Assembly: GCA_963715985.1 (NCBI GenBank)
Contig: CAVQSP010000008.1
Span: 96,001-160,000, forward strand
Origin: an uncultured Thermoleophilia bacterium
GTDB lineage: Bacteria > Actinomycetota > Thermoleophilia > UBA2241
DNA: 64,000 nt
Reading direction: 5' to 3'
The notes under the pieces are model-generated. The model was not told where the DNA came from. It did not search any database and saw nothing but the letters and a program-made list of their open reading frames with translations. Numbering within the stretch: the stretch's first letter is position 1; each line of letters opens with the position of its first letter. Of this stretch, positions 19,545-30,406 are shown piece after piece. The position numbers and the translations under genes were made by a program.

Positions 19545-19907
19545 GGCATCTCCTCGGTAGAAGGGTGCGCGGAACGAGGCGACGCGGCCTGGCGGCAGCG
19601 GCCCTCGGAGGGTAGCGGCGGAGGGAGCGCGAGGAACGCGCGGTCGCCGGGGACCGTGCGCGTGCCTGCAGTCGGTCCTCGCACAAGGATGCGAACCGGC
19701 GCTGCCGGGTGCCCGCGACCATTCATCCGGGTGTCCACGGCGTCCTCCCGTTGTCGGCACGTCAGAGACGCCACGTGCCACGAGGCTCTTCTCCATTCTA
19801 CTCAGTTGCCGCCGCCCGCGGACAGCTTCAGGCGCGGCCGACCTCCCGGTTCGGACGGTGCCCGACGTGGGAGGGGAGTACAATGCTGGAGGGTGGATGG
19901 GGGGCTC

Positions 19908-20288
19908 ATGAAGAGAGCGCTGGTGCCGCTGGCCGTGGGCTGTGGCCTGGTCGTGGCGGTGGCCGTTGTCCTCCTCGCGATCGGCTGGGAGTGGACGTGG
20001 TTCGCGATCGCCAGCGGGGCGCTCGCCGCGCTGTTGCTCACGCTGTTCAGGGGTTCGGTGACGGGCGCCGACGAGCGGCGGCCGCCCGGCAGAGCGCGAG
20101 TCTCTGCCGCGCGCTGGGCCGGGCCGCTCGACCCCGACCACCTCGCTGCCCAGGAGGGCGCGCTCGAGCCTGACCCAGCCCTAGCTGCGGAAACCCGCGC
20201 CGAGGACGTGGCGACGGGGTTCGCCTTCCTCTGGACCGCCGTGCCGCCTGCCGCTGCGGCGGCGGTCGCCATCATCTTCTACCTGTAG
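19908..20288 (+). CDS. Hypothetical membrane protein
   Basis: Two N-terminal and one C-terminal hydrophobic helices. TACAAT at 19879-19884 upstream. Confidence 0.6.
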   Translation: MKRALVPLAVGCGLVVAVAVVLLAIGWEWTWFAIASGALAALLLTLFRGSVTGADERRPPGRARVSAARWAGPLDPDHLAAQEGALEPDPALAAETRAEDVATGFAFLWTAVPPAAAAAVAIIFYL

Positions 20289-20331
20289 CCGGCCGGGAAC
20301 GGCCGCGGAGGCTCCGCGATGGCCTCTGCGT

Positions 20332-20561
20332 ATGGAGGGCCGGGGCATCAGCGCCGGGCTTCTCACCGCCGGCTCCTTGTGGCTCGTGTGGCGCTTCGGG
20401 AACATCGCCGGCTTCGACAAGGCCGCCGACCGGTTCTCGACCTCGAGGGCCGGCACGGAAACGATCGACCGCGTGGAGCCTCGAGAACGGCAGCGGCGCG
20501 GCGGGCCGCCCCGTGGCCGCCCGGGCGCGGGCGACGAAGTGGCCCCGCGCGTGTACACTAA
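20332..20561 (+). pseudogene. Frameshifted homolog of the micro membrane proteins at 22675 and 23020
   Basis: SLWLVWRFGNIAGFDKAADRF followed, after a 1-nt shift, by LDLEG resembles WY..RV/ISRATGA.AKVDQFLD/ETDG. Confidence 0.4.
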
Positions 20562-20664
20562 GGAGGTCCGCCCGGCCGGCGCAGCCCAGCCGGGCGTTCG
20601 GGCGTCAGGCAGCAGCCGCTGGCCGCGCCTCCATCATCAGCCACCCCGACAGAGAGAATCACCC

Positions 20665-22623
20665 GTGCACGCCGTCGACACGATCCGCAACCTCGCCATC
20701 ATCGCGCACATCGATCACGGCAAGACCACGCTGATCGACAGCATCTTCCGCGCCGCCCACGTGTTCCGCGAGAGCGCGCACATCGACGAACGGGTGATGG
20801 ACAGCAACGACCTCGAGCGCGAGCGCGGCATCACCATCCGCTCCAAGCACTGCACGGTGGAGTGGAAGGACTACCTGATCAACATCATCGACACGCCCGG
20901 CCACGCCGATTTCAGCGGCGAGGTCGAACGCGTGCTCAGCATGGTCGACTCGGTGCTGCTGCTGGTGGACGCCAACGAGGGCCCGATGCCGCAGACGCGC
21001 TACGTGCTCATGCGGGCGCTGGGGTTCGGGCTGCGGCCGATCGTGATCGTCAACAAGGCCGACCGGCCCAACGCCGACCCGTCCGGAGCTCTCGACAAGA
21101 CCTTCGACCTCTTCGTGGAGCTCGGCGCGAACAACGAGCAGCTCGACTTCCCCGTGCTCTACGGCTCCGGCCTCGAGGGCTGGATCGTCAACGACCTGGA
21201 CGAGTACCAGAAGGAAGAGCGCGAGCGCGAGGAGCATCTCGCCGACGGCGGCACGCTCTCCCCGGCGCTGCTCAAGGAGCTCGCCGACGCCGCCATGAAC
21301 GACCTCTTCGAGACGATCATCTCCGAGGTGCCGGCGCCGAACGTCGACCAGGACGCGCCGTTCCTCATGCAGGTGAGCACCCTCGCCTGGAGCGACTACA
21401 TCGGCCGCATCGGCTGCGGGCGCGTGCTCGCCGGCGGCCTCAAGGTCGGCGACGAGCTGCAGCGCATCACCACGCGGCACCTCGAGATCGGCGACCCCGA
21501 CGCCGGCTGGGAGTTCACGGGCGCTCAGACCGCGCGGGTCACGCACCTCTGGGTCACGCGCGGTCTCGAGAACCGCGAGGTCGAAGAGGCCTCCGCCGGC
21601 GATATCGTGTGGCTCGCCGGCCCCGACGACATCACGCTCGGCGACACGCTGGCCTCCACCGAGCTGGAGGCGGCCGGCGCAGCCCTGCCGCCGCTCGAGA
21701 TCGAGGAGCCGACGGTCAGCATGTTCTTCCTCGTCAACAACGGCCCCTTCGCCGGCCAGGACGGGCGCGCCGTCACGCTGCGCCAGATCAAGGACCGGCT
21801 GGAGCGCGAGCTGCGCGTCAACGTCGCGCTGCGCGTGGAGGACCTCGGCCGCCCGGACGGCGTCAAGGTGAGCGGCCGCGGCGAGCTGCACCTCGCGATC
21901 CTCATCGAGGAGATGCGGCGTGAGGGCATGGAGCTGTGCGTGTCGAAGCCCGAGGTCATCACCCATCGCGACTCGAAGGGCAAGCTTCTGGAGCCCATGG
22001 AGCAGCTCATCATCGACGTGCCCGAGGTGTACCAGGGCACGGTGATCCAGGAGCTGAGCCTGCGCAAGGGCGAGCTCGTCGCCGTCGAAGCGACCGGCAC
22101 CGGCCTGGTGCGCCTCGAGTTCACGATCTCCACTCGCGGGCTGATCGGCTATCGCAACGACTTCCTCACGGAGACCCGCGGCTTGGGTGTGATGAGCTCG
22201 CGGTTCACCGGCTACGGCCCGTGGAAGGGCGAGCTCCCCGGCCGCGAGCGCGGCTCGCTGGTCAGCCAGACCGGCGGCGAAGCGGCCGGCTACTCCCTCG
22301 AGAACCTGCAGCAGCGCGCCACCCTCTTCGTCGGCAACATGACGCCGGTCTACGAAGGCATGATCGTCGGCGAGAACTCACGCGCCGACGACATGCTCTG
22401 CAACCCCACCAAGCGCAAGCAGCTCGGCAACTACCGGTCGTCGACCAAGGACATCGACGCCGGTCTCAAGGTGCCGCGCGCCATCACCCTCGAGTCGGCG
22501 CTGGAGTGGATCGCCGACGACGAGCTCGTCGAGGTCACGCCCAAGATCGTGCGCGTGCGCAAGCACATCCTCAGCACCGAGGAGCGCAAGAAGTTCGAGA
22601 AGCGCGGGGCGGCCGAGGCCTGA
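20665..22623 (+). CDS. typA: Translational GTPase TypA/BipA
   Basis: [44 protein letters not shown]. True start is probably GTG 20665. Confidence 0.96.
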   Translation: MHAVDTIRNLAIIAHIDHGKTTLIDSIFRAAHVFRESAHIDERVMDSNDLERERGITIRSKHCTVEWKDYLINIIDTPGHADFSGEVERVLSMVDSVLLLVDANEGPMPQTRYVLMRALGFGLRPIVIVNKADRPNADPSGALDKTFDLFVELGANNEQLDFPVLYGSGLEGWIVNDLDEYQKEEREREEHLADGGTLSPALLKELADAAMNDLFETIISEVPAPNVDQDAPFLMQVSTLAWSDYIGRIGCGRVLAGGLKVGDELQRITTRHLEIGDPDAGWEFTGAQTARVTHLWVTRGLENREVEEASAGDIVWLAGPDDITLGDTLASTELEAAGAALPPLEIEEPTVSMFFLVNNGPFAGQDGRAVTLRQIKDRLERELRVNVALRVEDLGRPDGVKVSGRGELHLAILIEEMRREGMELCVSKPEVITHRDSKGKLLEPMEQLIIDVPEVYQGTVIQELSLRKGELVAVEATGTGLVRLEFTISTRGLIGYRNDFLTETRGLGVMSSRFTGYGPWKGELPGRERGSLVSQTGGEAAGYSLENLQQRATLFVGNMTPVYEGMIVGENSRADDMLCNPTKRKQLGNYRSSTKDIDAGLKVPRAITLESALEWIADDELVEVTPKIVRVRKHILSTEERKKFEKRGAAEA

Positions 22624-22674
22624 CGCGCCGCGCGGCGAGGCCTGACTCCCGCCGGGCCCGGGAACAACCATGAT

Positions 22675-22905
22675 ATGGCCACCGGCTTCCATGCCCTCCT
22701 CGTCTACCCGGCCACGTTCGTCGGCGTGAGCATCGTCGTCTGGCTGCTGTTCAGCCTCATCTGGTACCTCGGCGGCCGCGTAGGCCGGGCGACCGGCGCC
22801 AGCGCCAAGGTCGACCAGTTCCTCGACACCGACGGCGCGCACCTGCCCGACGCGGAGCGCATCAAGGACGACGGCGGCTTCCGCGGCGGTATCGGCGGAC
22901 CGTGA
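22675..22905 (+). CDS. Micro single-TM protein (paralog A)
   Basis: TM helix then RATGASAKVDQFLDTDG...GGFRGGIGG; duplicated downstream. Confidence 0.7.
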   Translation: MATGFHALLVYPATFVGVSIVVWLLFSLIWYLGGRVGRATGASAKVDQFLDTDGAHLPDAERIKDDGGFRGGIGGP

Positions 22906-23019
22906 ACGCCGCGTCGCCAACCTGCCGGGACACCATGCCGCGCGACGTGATGAATCAGGCCGCGGCGGACGCGCCTCTTGCGCGCGCATCCGCTTCTGCA
23001 GCGCTGCTCTGCTGGATCA

Positions 23020-23247
23020 ATGGTCGCTAGCCTGCCCACCTTCCTCGTTGTCGCGGGCGTCTTTCTTGCCGCCGCCTTCGCCGCCTGGCTTCTGTTCACC
23101 GCCGTCTGGTACGTCGTCAGACGCATCAGCCGGGCCACAGGCGCCGACGCCAAGGTCGACCAGTTCCTTGAGACCGACGGTGCCGGCTTGACCGACGAGG
23201 AGCACATCAAACACGTGGGAGGGTATCGCGGCGGTAGCGGCGGTTGA
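23020..23247 (+). CDS. Micro single-TM protein (paralog B)
   Basis: TM helix then RATGADAKVDQFLETDG...GGYRGGSGG. Confidence 0.7.
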   Translation: MVASLPTFLVVAGVFLAAAFAAWLLFTAVWYVVRRISRATGADAKVDQFLETDGAGLTDEEHIKHVGGYRGGSGG

Positions 23248-23315
23248 GTTCCGCCTGGCGCGAATCCTCAGAGTCTCCGCAGCTCGGCGATCGCTTCGGC
23301 GATGAGCGCCGGACC

Positions 23316-23730
23316 TCACGCGCTCTTCGCCCGCACGATCACCTCGACCTCGCAGTCGAGGACGCGCAGGAGCGTCAGCATCTTGTCCACCGACTTGCGG
23401 TAGTTGGTGGGGTCGATCAGGCGATAGAACTGCGCCGGTGACGTGCCGAGCCGGCGGATGATCTCCCGTCTGGAGAGCGGACTCGCCTCCAGACGCATCA
23501 GAGCCTCCACGGTGAGGTTGTGAAGGAGAAGGTCGCGCATGTAGCCCGGCTCCTCGTTGTAGTCCCCGACCGAGGACGTGGTCGCCACTTTGCTTATCCG
23601 GGGCACGACTCCGCCAACCGGAGTGGCACGAGCATATACTGTCGAAGCGCCCTCGCGTCCCGCTCCGGGTCGATGTAGAGCCGACCAGCTGGTCGACGGC
23701 GCGGCGCTGGCTCCGCCTTGCTCATAGGGG
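23316..23730 (-). pseudogene. Degraded XRE-like HTH (antitoxin-like) gene, 5' part scrambled
   Basis: Intact C-terminus LSRREIIRRLGTSPAQFYRLIDPTNYRKS...LDCEVEV; broken LYIDPE...GREG...SG remnants upstream. Confidence 0.55.
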
Positions 23731-23739
23731 CCACTGCCT

Positions 23740-24763
23740 GCGCCGCGCCACCTCGCTGGCCCGCTGTGGCTTGGGCCCAGCTCCGCCATCGCGTAGAGGT
23801 ATCTCAACTCCAGCTCGGTCGTGCGCTCCGCACGCACACGGAAGAAGCTCTCATCGAGCCCGGCTTCGACCAGGGGCAGCACCGACCTGACGTCATCCAG
23901 CGTCACCGGAGAAGCGGAGGTCTCGTCCCAGACGATCCTGCCGTACTCCTGGAGGAAGAAGGGATAGCCCTGGGTGTACGCGACCATGAAGTCGACGGCC
24001 GCGGATCCGAACTCGACGTCCAGCTCTGCGGCCGGCAGGACGAGTGCGTCCCGGGCGTCACTTGCATCCAGCTCACCGATCTGGGGAAAACGGAACAGGC
24101 GCTCGCTGTAGGACTTGGCTTCGCCGGCGAGTCGAGGAATCTGGGGCAGACCGGCGCCGACGAGTGTGATCGGCAGCGAGCGGCGGGTGCACTTGTGCAG
24201 TGCGACGATGAGCGCTTCGAGTTCGGGGGGTCGCAGGAACTGGATCTCGTCGACGAGGAAGACGACGCCGACGCCGCGATCCTGCGCGGCTTCCCCGATG
24301 GCGACGAACAGATCGCTCAGATCCTCGGAGAGCTCACCGCTGTCTCCGCTGCCCGCCAGCGCATCGATGTCGAGGCCGGCCGTCATCGCGCCATCGGGAT
24401 TGAACGTCACGGTGAACGACTTGAGGATGGACGCGGCCCTCAGCACCCGATCCGTCCACTTCGCTTTGGGCGCGATCTGCAGCAGCGCCCGACGCACGTG
24501 CGCCGCCATCTTCGGCGCGAAGGCGGCGTTCTTCTCGACCTCCCACTCCACGGTGGCCCAGTCACGGGCCTCGGCCTTCTCGCGGAACACGTCGAGGAGC
24601 ACCGTCTGCCGACCCCCTGAGCCCCGTGATGATCATGGCTGCTCGACGTAGCCGTTTCAACGTTCGAGCAGGATGTCGAACGACTCGATCTGCTTGTCGC
24701 GCCCGACGAGCGCGGAGGCTTGGTGCCGGCGCCCGGCGCGTAGGGGTTCTTGCGTGGGTCCAT
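23740..24763 (-). pseudogene. AAA-type ATPase with multiple frameshifts and truncated C-terminus
   Basis: NPYAPGAGTKPP, LVGRD, broken Walker A (ITGLRG-VG-T), Walker B FLVDEIQ, SYSERLF, TQGYPFFLQEYG. Confidence 0.75.
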
Positions 24764-24775
24764 GGCCGTCCTTTT

Positions 24776-24822
24776 CAGACTAGACGAGACTTATCAGATA
24801 CGATAAGCATCGTGCTAGTCTG
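24776..24822. promoter_or_regulatory. AT-rich 47-bp imperfect palindrome just upstream of the ATPase gene
   Basis: CAGACTAG-ACGA-GA-CTTATC-AGATAC-GATAAG-CA-TCGT-G-CTAGTCTG. Confidence 0.6.
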
Positions 24823-24829
24823 CAAAGTC

Positions 24830-24948
24830 GCTTTGATCCCGATGGCGCCGGCCGTCTCCCCCCGGCGGACGAGGTCCTCGGGCCAGCCTCGCGCCTGGAT
24901 GGCGGGGTCGATGAGCTTGGCGCGCGCATCGGCTTCGGAGGTCCCCAC
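24830..24948 (-). pseudogene. N-terminal stub resembling a type I restriction HsdR subunit
   Basis: SEADARAKLIDPAIQARGWPEDLVRRGETAGAI resembles EcoEI/EcoAI-type HsdR N-termini, then breaks off. Confidence 0.5.
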
Positions 24949-25017
24949 CGGCTGCCCCACTGGCCGGTCATCAACCACTATCCGCACAGTCTACGCCGCG
25001 CAACTGACGGGCCCGGC

Positions 25018-25851
25018 TCATACTGACAGCAGCACCACGCCGGTGAAGACGGCGGCGAACCCGGCCCACTGCCGCGGCGAGAGCCGCTCGTGCAGGAGGA
25101 CCTGGGCATAGGCGGTGACCACCACGGGTGACAGGGACCCGAGGATCGCCACCACGCTCAGGTAGCCGATGCCCGTCGCCACGGTGAACAGGATGTTGGC
25201 GACGGTCAGCAGCAACCCGACGGCGATCAGGGCCGGCACGTTCTGCCCCTTCAGCGAGAGCCCCCGCTTCGACACGAGCATGTACACGGCCAGGATGGCG
25301 GCCGCCGAGATGCGGGCGTCGAACACCGCCCAGTAGGGACTGTCTCGGCCGCTGGTGCCGAAGGCCAGCAGGAGGAAGCCCCAGCAGACCGCCGCGAGGA
25401 TCGCGAGCAGCACGGCCGTCCGGGCGTGCTGCGTGCGTGTGCGGCGGTGGGCCCACGAGATCAGCACGACCCCGGCGATGGTGACGACCATGCCGACGTA
25501 GGCGGGCAGGCCGGGCCGCTCGCCGCGAAAGAGCCCGGCCGCGACCGGTATCAGTACTTCAGAGGCGATGATCGGCGCGACGATGCTCATGGTGCCGATG
25601 GCCAGCGCCCGGTAGAAGGCCACGAGACCTATGGCCGTGAGGACGCCGGCGACCAGCAGCACCGTGGTGTCCCACCAGCCCGGAGGAGCTTGTCGGACGA
25701 TGAGCACCGCCGCCCCGGCCACCAGCGCGGCGGCGATCTGGCTCAGCGTGGTGACGTGCCACACCGAGCGGCGGCGGCTCTCGACGCCGGCCAGGTAGCT
25801 GGACGACCCCCAGGTGAAGCTGGCGAGGAGGGCGAGCAGGGGCGCGAGCAT
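25018..25851 (-). CDS. EamA/DMT family transporter
   Basis: About 10 TM helices; FYRALAIGTMSIVAPI, GERP, LHERL. Confidence 0.9.
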   Translation of the reverse strand: MLAPLLALLASFTWGSSSYLAGVESRRRSVWHVTTLSQIAAALVAGAAVLIVRQAPPGWWDTTVLLVAGVLTAIGLVAFYRALAIGTMSIVAPIIASEVLIPVAAGLFRGERPGLPAYVGMVVTIAGVVLISWAHRRTRTQHARTAVLLAILAAVCWGFLLLAFGTSGRDSPYWAVFDARISAAAILAVYMLVSKRGLSLKGQNVPALIAVGLLLTVANILFTVATGIGYLSVVAILGSLSPVVVTAYAQVLLHERLSPRQWAGFAAVFTGVVLLSV

Positions 25852-26007
25852 GACTCAGTCCCGCGCCGGCGTCGCGCGGGACGCGGCCGGTCTCACGGGG
25901 TGGTGTGGGCGGCAGTGAACGGCATGGTGCGGCAAGCGTATCGGAATGGACTGTGTGACGACGCGGGTGCAGTATGTGGCCCACCACCAGCACACGAGGA
26001 GGACGCG

Positions 26008-26328
26008 ATGCCCAAGTACCTGATCTCGGCCAGCTACAGTGCCGAGGGGATGAAGGGGCTGCTGAGAGAGGGCGGGAGTTCGCGGGAGTCGATGATCGCC
26101 GACATCGCCAAGAACCTCGACGGCTCTCTGGAGGCGTTCTACTACGCCTTCGGCGAGAACGACGTGTACAGCATCGTCGACCTGCCGGACAACGTCACGG
26201 CGGCGGCGATGGCCGCGCACATCACCGCCGGCGGCATGGTGAGGTGCAAGGTCACGGTGCTCCTCACGCCGGAGGAGGTCGACAAGTCGGCGCGTACCAA
26301 GATGTTCTTCCGGCCGCCCGGGGCCTGA
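26008..26328 (+). CDS. GYD-domain protein
   Basis: MPKYLISASYSAEG...FYYAFGENDVYSIVDLPDN...LLTPEEVD. SD GAGGAGG. Confidence 0.85.
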   Translation: MPKYLISASYSAEGMKGLLREGGSSRESMIADIAKNLDGSLEAFYYAFGENDVYSIVDLPDNVTAAAMAAHITAGGMVRCKVTVLLTPEEVDKSARTKMFFRPPGA

Positions 26329-26335
26329 GCCGGCC

Positions 26336-27779
26336 ATGGGCAGAGAGGCGCAGTTCTACATCGGCGGGCGCTGGGTCGACCCCGTCGGAGCCAGGCAGGA
26401 CGATAGCGGTCATCGACCCGGCGACCGAGGAGGAAGTCACGCGGGTGGCGGCCGCCTCGTCCGCCGACGTGGAGTCGGCGGTGCAGGCGGCCCATCGGGC
26501 CTTCGAAGGCTACTCGAAGACGACGCGCGAAGAGCGCCTCGAGCTGCTCACCCACCTGCGCGAGGCGTACAAGAAGCGGATCCCCGAGATCGCGGCCGCG
26601 ATGACGACCGAGGTCGGCATCCCGCGCGGCCTCGCCGAGGGCGGCCAGGTGCTGGCCGGCGCGCGCCACCTCAAGGAGGCCATCGAGGCGCTGCGCGACT
26701 ACCCGCTGGAGCAGGACTGGGGCTCGACCCGCATCGTGCGCGAGCCCATCGGCGTGTGCGCCCTGCTCGCGCCGTGGAACTGGCCGATGAACCAGGTGAC
26801 GTGCAAGGTCGGGCCGGCGCTCGCCGCCGGCTGCACGATGGTCCTCAAGCCGAGCCAGCTCGCGCCGCTCTCGGCGCTGCTCTTCGCCGAGGCGGTGGAC
26901 GAGGCCGGCATTCCCGCCGGCGTGTTCAACATGGTGAACGGCGCCGGCGCTGCGCTGGGAGAGGCGTTCGCGACGCACCCGCTCGTCGACATGGTGTCCA
27001 TCACCGGCTCGACTGCGGTCGGCGGCGTGGTGGCTGCCGCGGCGGCGCCGTCGATCAAGCGCGTCTCCCAGGAGCTCGGCGGCAAATCGGCCAACATCGT
27101 CTTCGGCGACGTGAACGTCCGCAGGGTCGTCGCCTCCGGCACGCTGGGCTGCATGCACAACTCGGGCCAGACCTGCAACGCGCCCACACGGATGCTCGTC
27201 GCCGAGGAGATCTACGACGAGGCCGTCGAGGTCGCGGCGAGGGCCGCCGACGGCGTGGCGGTCGGCGATCCGCGCGACCAGGCCACCTTCATGGGCCCCG
27301 TGGCCGGCCGCAAACAGTTCGAGACGGTGCGCAGCTACATCGAGGCGGGCATCGCCGAGGGCGCGCGCCTGGTCGCCGGCGGGCTCGAGCGCCCGGACGG
27401 CCTCGACAAGGGGTTCTTCGTGCGGCCCACGGTCTTCGCCGACGTGACGCCCGACATGCGCGTGTTCCGCGAGGAGATCTTCGGGCCGGTGCTCTGCATG
27501 ACGCCGTTCCGCGACGAGGCGCACGCCATCGAGCTGGCCAACGCCACCGACTTCGGGCTCTCCGGCTACGTGCAGTCGGCCGACCTGGAGCGGGCGCGGC
27601 GCGTGGCCGGCCGCATGCGCACCGGCATGGTGCACCTCAACGGGGCGCCGACCGACGGGCGCGCGCCCTTCGGCGGCTACAAGCAGTCGGGCAACGGCCG
27701 CGAGTGGGGCCGGTTCGGGCTGGAGGACTACCTCGAGGTCAAGGCGATCATGGGGTACGGAGGCGCGCCGACCGGCTGA
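26336..27779 (+). CDS. Aldehyde dehydrogenase (frameshift at about 26387)
   Basis: FYIGGRWV, PWNWP, KPSQ, TGSTAVG, ELGGKS, NSGQTC, EEIFGP, PFGGYKQSG. Confidence 0.92.
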
Positions 27780-27842
27780 GTGGGAGCCGCCGGCCGGTCG
27801 CCCCTGCGCTTCGCCGCGCTCCTGACCAGGCGTCCCACGACG

Positions 27843-28103
27843 TCAGTCCTCTGGCGCCCACCCCGGTTGCTCGTCGGCCTCCTCGAGCGCTCCAAGGACT
27901 TCCCTGGCCTCTTCGAGACGGTCGGGTTCGACGAGGACGGCGACCAATCCCAACCCGCCGCCCGATCCCGCGAAGAGCCAGCCGCCGTGCTGCTCAGGAC
28001 GGGTCATGGCGGGGATCCCGGCATCCTCGAGCGCACCCTTGATGGTGTCCGCGGCGAACGTCCCCAGCACCATCGTCAGCGTGACGAGCTGCGCCTTGCC
28101 CAT
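27843..28103 (-). CDS. DUF2007-like small protein
   Basis: IKGALEDAGIPA...VLVEPDRLEEAREVL. TGATG coupling to the upstream decarboxylase. Confidence 0.72.
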   Translation of the reverse strand: MGKAQLVTLTMVLGTFAADTIKGALEDAGIPAMTRPEQHGGWLFAGSGGGLGLVAVLVEPDRLEEAREVLGALEEADEQPGWAPED

Positions 28104-29444
28104 CAGGGTCGCCGCGCCAGGTCGTCCAGGATCAGGTCGACGTCCCCGCGCGTGGTGAGAGGGTTGATGAAGCAGAAGCGCAACACCGTCTCCCCGGCGT
28201 GTTTGGTGGGCGTGACCATGCCGAGCCCGCTGCGCAACGCGGCCACGCTCCACGCGTCGTAGGCGGTCGCGTCCCAGCCCACGCGGCGGAACAGCATCAC
28301 GGTGAGCGCGGGCTCGAGGACGAGCTCGAGCATGGCGCTCTCCCGGATGCGGTCGGCCGCGTACAGGGCGATGTCGTGGCAGTGCTCGATCGCCTCGACG
28401 TACGCGTCCGTACCGTAGGCGAGCACCGAGACCCACAGGGGCAGGCCGCGCGGGCGGCGGGTGAGGTGCACGGCGAGGTCAGAGGGGTTGCCGGCCTCCT
28501 CGTCGACGAGGAAGTCGAGGTAGTCCGCTTCCTGCGTGAGCGCCTGACGGGCGGCCGCGGCGTCCCGGTACACGAGCGCCGCGCAGTCGAACGGCAGGTA
28601 GAGCCACTTGTGCGGATTCACGATGAACGAATCCGCCCGCTCGATGCCGGCGAACAGACCGCGAAGGCGGGGAGACAGCAGCGCCGCGCCGCCGTAGGCG
28701 CCGTCCACGTGCAGCCACAGTCCGCGGTCGGCGCAGACGTCGGCGATGCTCTCGAGGTCGTCCACGGCGCCGGTGTTGGTCGCGCCGGCGGCGGCCACCA
28801 CGGCCACGATGTCGGCCGGGTCGCGCCCGTCGAGGGCGGCGACCAGCGTGCGCCCGTCGAGGCGGCCGTGGTCGTCGGCCGGCGGCGCCACGACGAGGTC
28901 GCAGCCCATGACGCGCGCCGCGGCGGCGAGCGACGAGTGCGCCGAGGCGCCGGTGACGACGGCCTGGCGGCGCGGGCAGGCGTAGCCGTCCCCGCGCGCG
29001 GCCACGAGGGCGCTGAGGTTGGCCATCGAGCCGCCGGAGACGAAGGTGCCGCCGGCGCTCGCCGGGAACCCTGCGGCGTCGGCGAGCCAGCGCAGCGTCG
29101 CGTCCTCGGCGTCCACGGCGGCGGCCCCCTCCAGGCGCGTACCGCCGAAGACCATCCCCGCCGAGAGCGCCATGTCGGCGAGCGCCGCGGCCACGGTCGG
29201 CGTCCCCGGGACAAAGGCCAGGAAGCGGGGGTGGTCCGGTGGCACAGCCGTCGGTACCACCGTGTCGAGGAGCGTGCGCAGCGCCGCCTCGGTGCCGATG
29301 CCCTGCGCGCTGAACGCCGGCAGCGTCACGCGCCGGATCGGCCGGCGGCAGCGTGCTGCGCCTGTCGGCGAGTCGCGCCAGCGCCCAGTCCATCAGCTCG
29401 CGGGCGGCGGCGGCGTCCTCAGGCGTGGGCTCGTGCATGCGCAT
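28103..29444 (-). CDS. Group II PLP-dependent amino-acid decarboxylase (frameshift at about 29330)
   Basis: HPRFLAFV, FVSGGSMANL, HVDGAYGG, NPHKWL. Confidence 0.9.
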
Positions 29445-29546
29445 GCGTTGCATCCTATCGCGCCTTGGTGGGACGGGCGGTCGCGACCGAGAAGGTGCGT
29501 GCGCGCACAGGGGTTAGGAAGCCGCGCTCCCAGAGAACATGAGGGT

Positions 29547-30239
29547 ATGGACCGCACAGGGCAGAAGCGTGCCGCCGCCCGGGCGGCGATCGAGTTCGTG
29601 CAGGCCGGCGCCGTGATCGGTGTCGGCACCGGGAGCACGGCGGCGTTCTTCGTCGAAGCGCTCGCGGACCTGCCGCCGGAGAGACGGCCGGCTGCGGCGG
29701 TGGCCAGCTCGGAGGCCACGGCCGCCGCGCTCCGCGCTGCCGGCATCGCCGTGGTCGAGCTCGCGTCGCTCGAGCCGCCGGCGCCGGGCGCCGCGATGCT
29801 GCCGCTGTACGTGGACGGCGCCGACGAGGTCGACCCGAAGCTGCGCCTCATCAAGGGCGCCGGCGGCGCCCTGACGCGCGAGAAGGTGCTGGCGACCGCC
29901 GCGCGGCTGTTCGTCTGCGTCGTCGATGAGTCCAAGCTGGTCGAGGGGCTGGGCGCGGCGCCGGTGCCGCTCGAGGTGGTGCCGATGGCCGCGGCGTTCG
30001 TCGCCGCGCACGTGACTGCGCGCGGCGGCCACCCCGCGGTCCGCCCCGGCTACCTCACGGACAACGGCAACGCCGTGCTGGACGTGATGGGGCTCGACCT
30101 CTCAGACCCGGAGGGTCTGGAAGTCGAGCTCAACGCCATTCCCGGCGTGCTCGACTGCGGCGTCTTCGCGCGCCGGCGCGCCGACCTCGTGCTCGCCGGC
30201 GCCGCGACGGGGGTCAGGACGCTGCGCCCGCCTCGGTAG
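29547..30239 (+). CDS. rpiA: Ribose-5-phosphate isomerase A
   Basis: GVGTGST, DGADEVD, IKGAGGALTREK, TDNGN. Confidence 0.95.
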   Translation: MDRTGQKRAAARAAIEFVQAGAVIGVGTGSTAAFFVEALADLPPERRPAAAVASSEATAAALRAAGIAVVELASLEPPAPGAAMLPLYVDGADEVDPKLRLIKGAGGALTREKVLATAARLFVCVVDESKLVEGLGAAPVPLEVVPMAAAFVAAHVTARGGHPAVRPGYLTDNGNAVLDVMGLDLSDPEGLEVELNAIPGVLDCGVFARRRADLVLAGAATGVRTLRPPR

Positions 30240-30406
30240 CCGCTGCTTCGCCCGCCCCGGTACCCTCTTGTCCGGCGGCCCCGATCGCGGTCGCTCCGCC
30301 CGTCCGGCGGGCCCGCCCCGATCCTGGCGGCGGTCCTCCTCCTGACGCAGGCCCCTGTGCTACGCTCGCCGCGGAGCAGGTCTCGGCCACGACCGCTGGT
30401 GGGGGT

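Noticed and set aside
19545-19800. Moco/tungsten-cofactor riboswitch upstream of the AOR operon
   Set aside because: Consensus elements were not recognisable by eye.
20332-20664. 111-aa N-terminal extension of TypA in the ORF track
   Set aside because: TypA homology begins at GTG 20665. The upstream part is better explained as a frameshifted micro-protein plus intergenic DNA.
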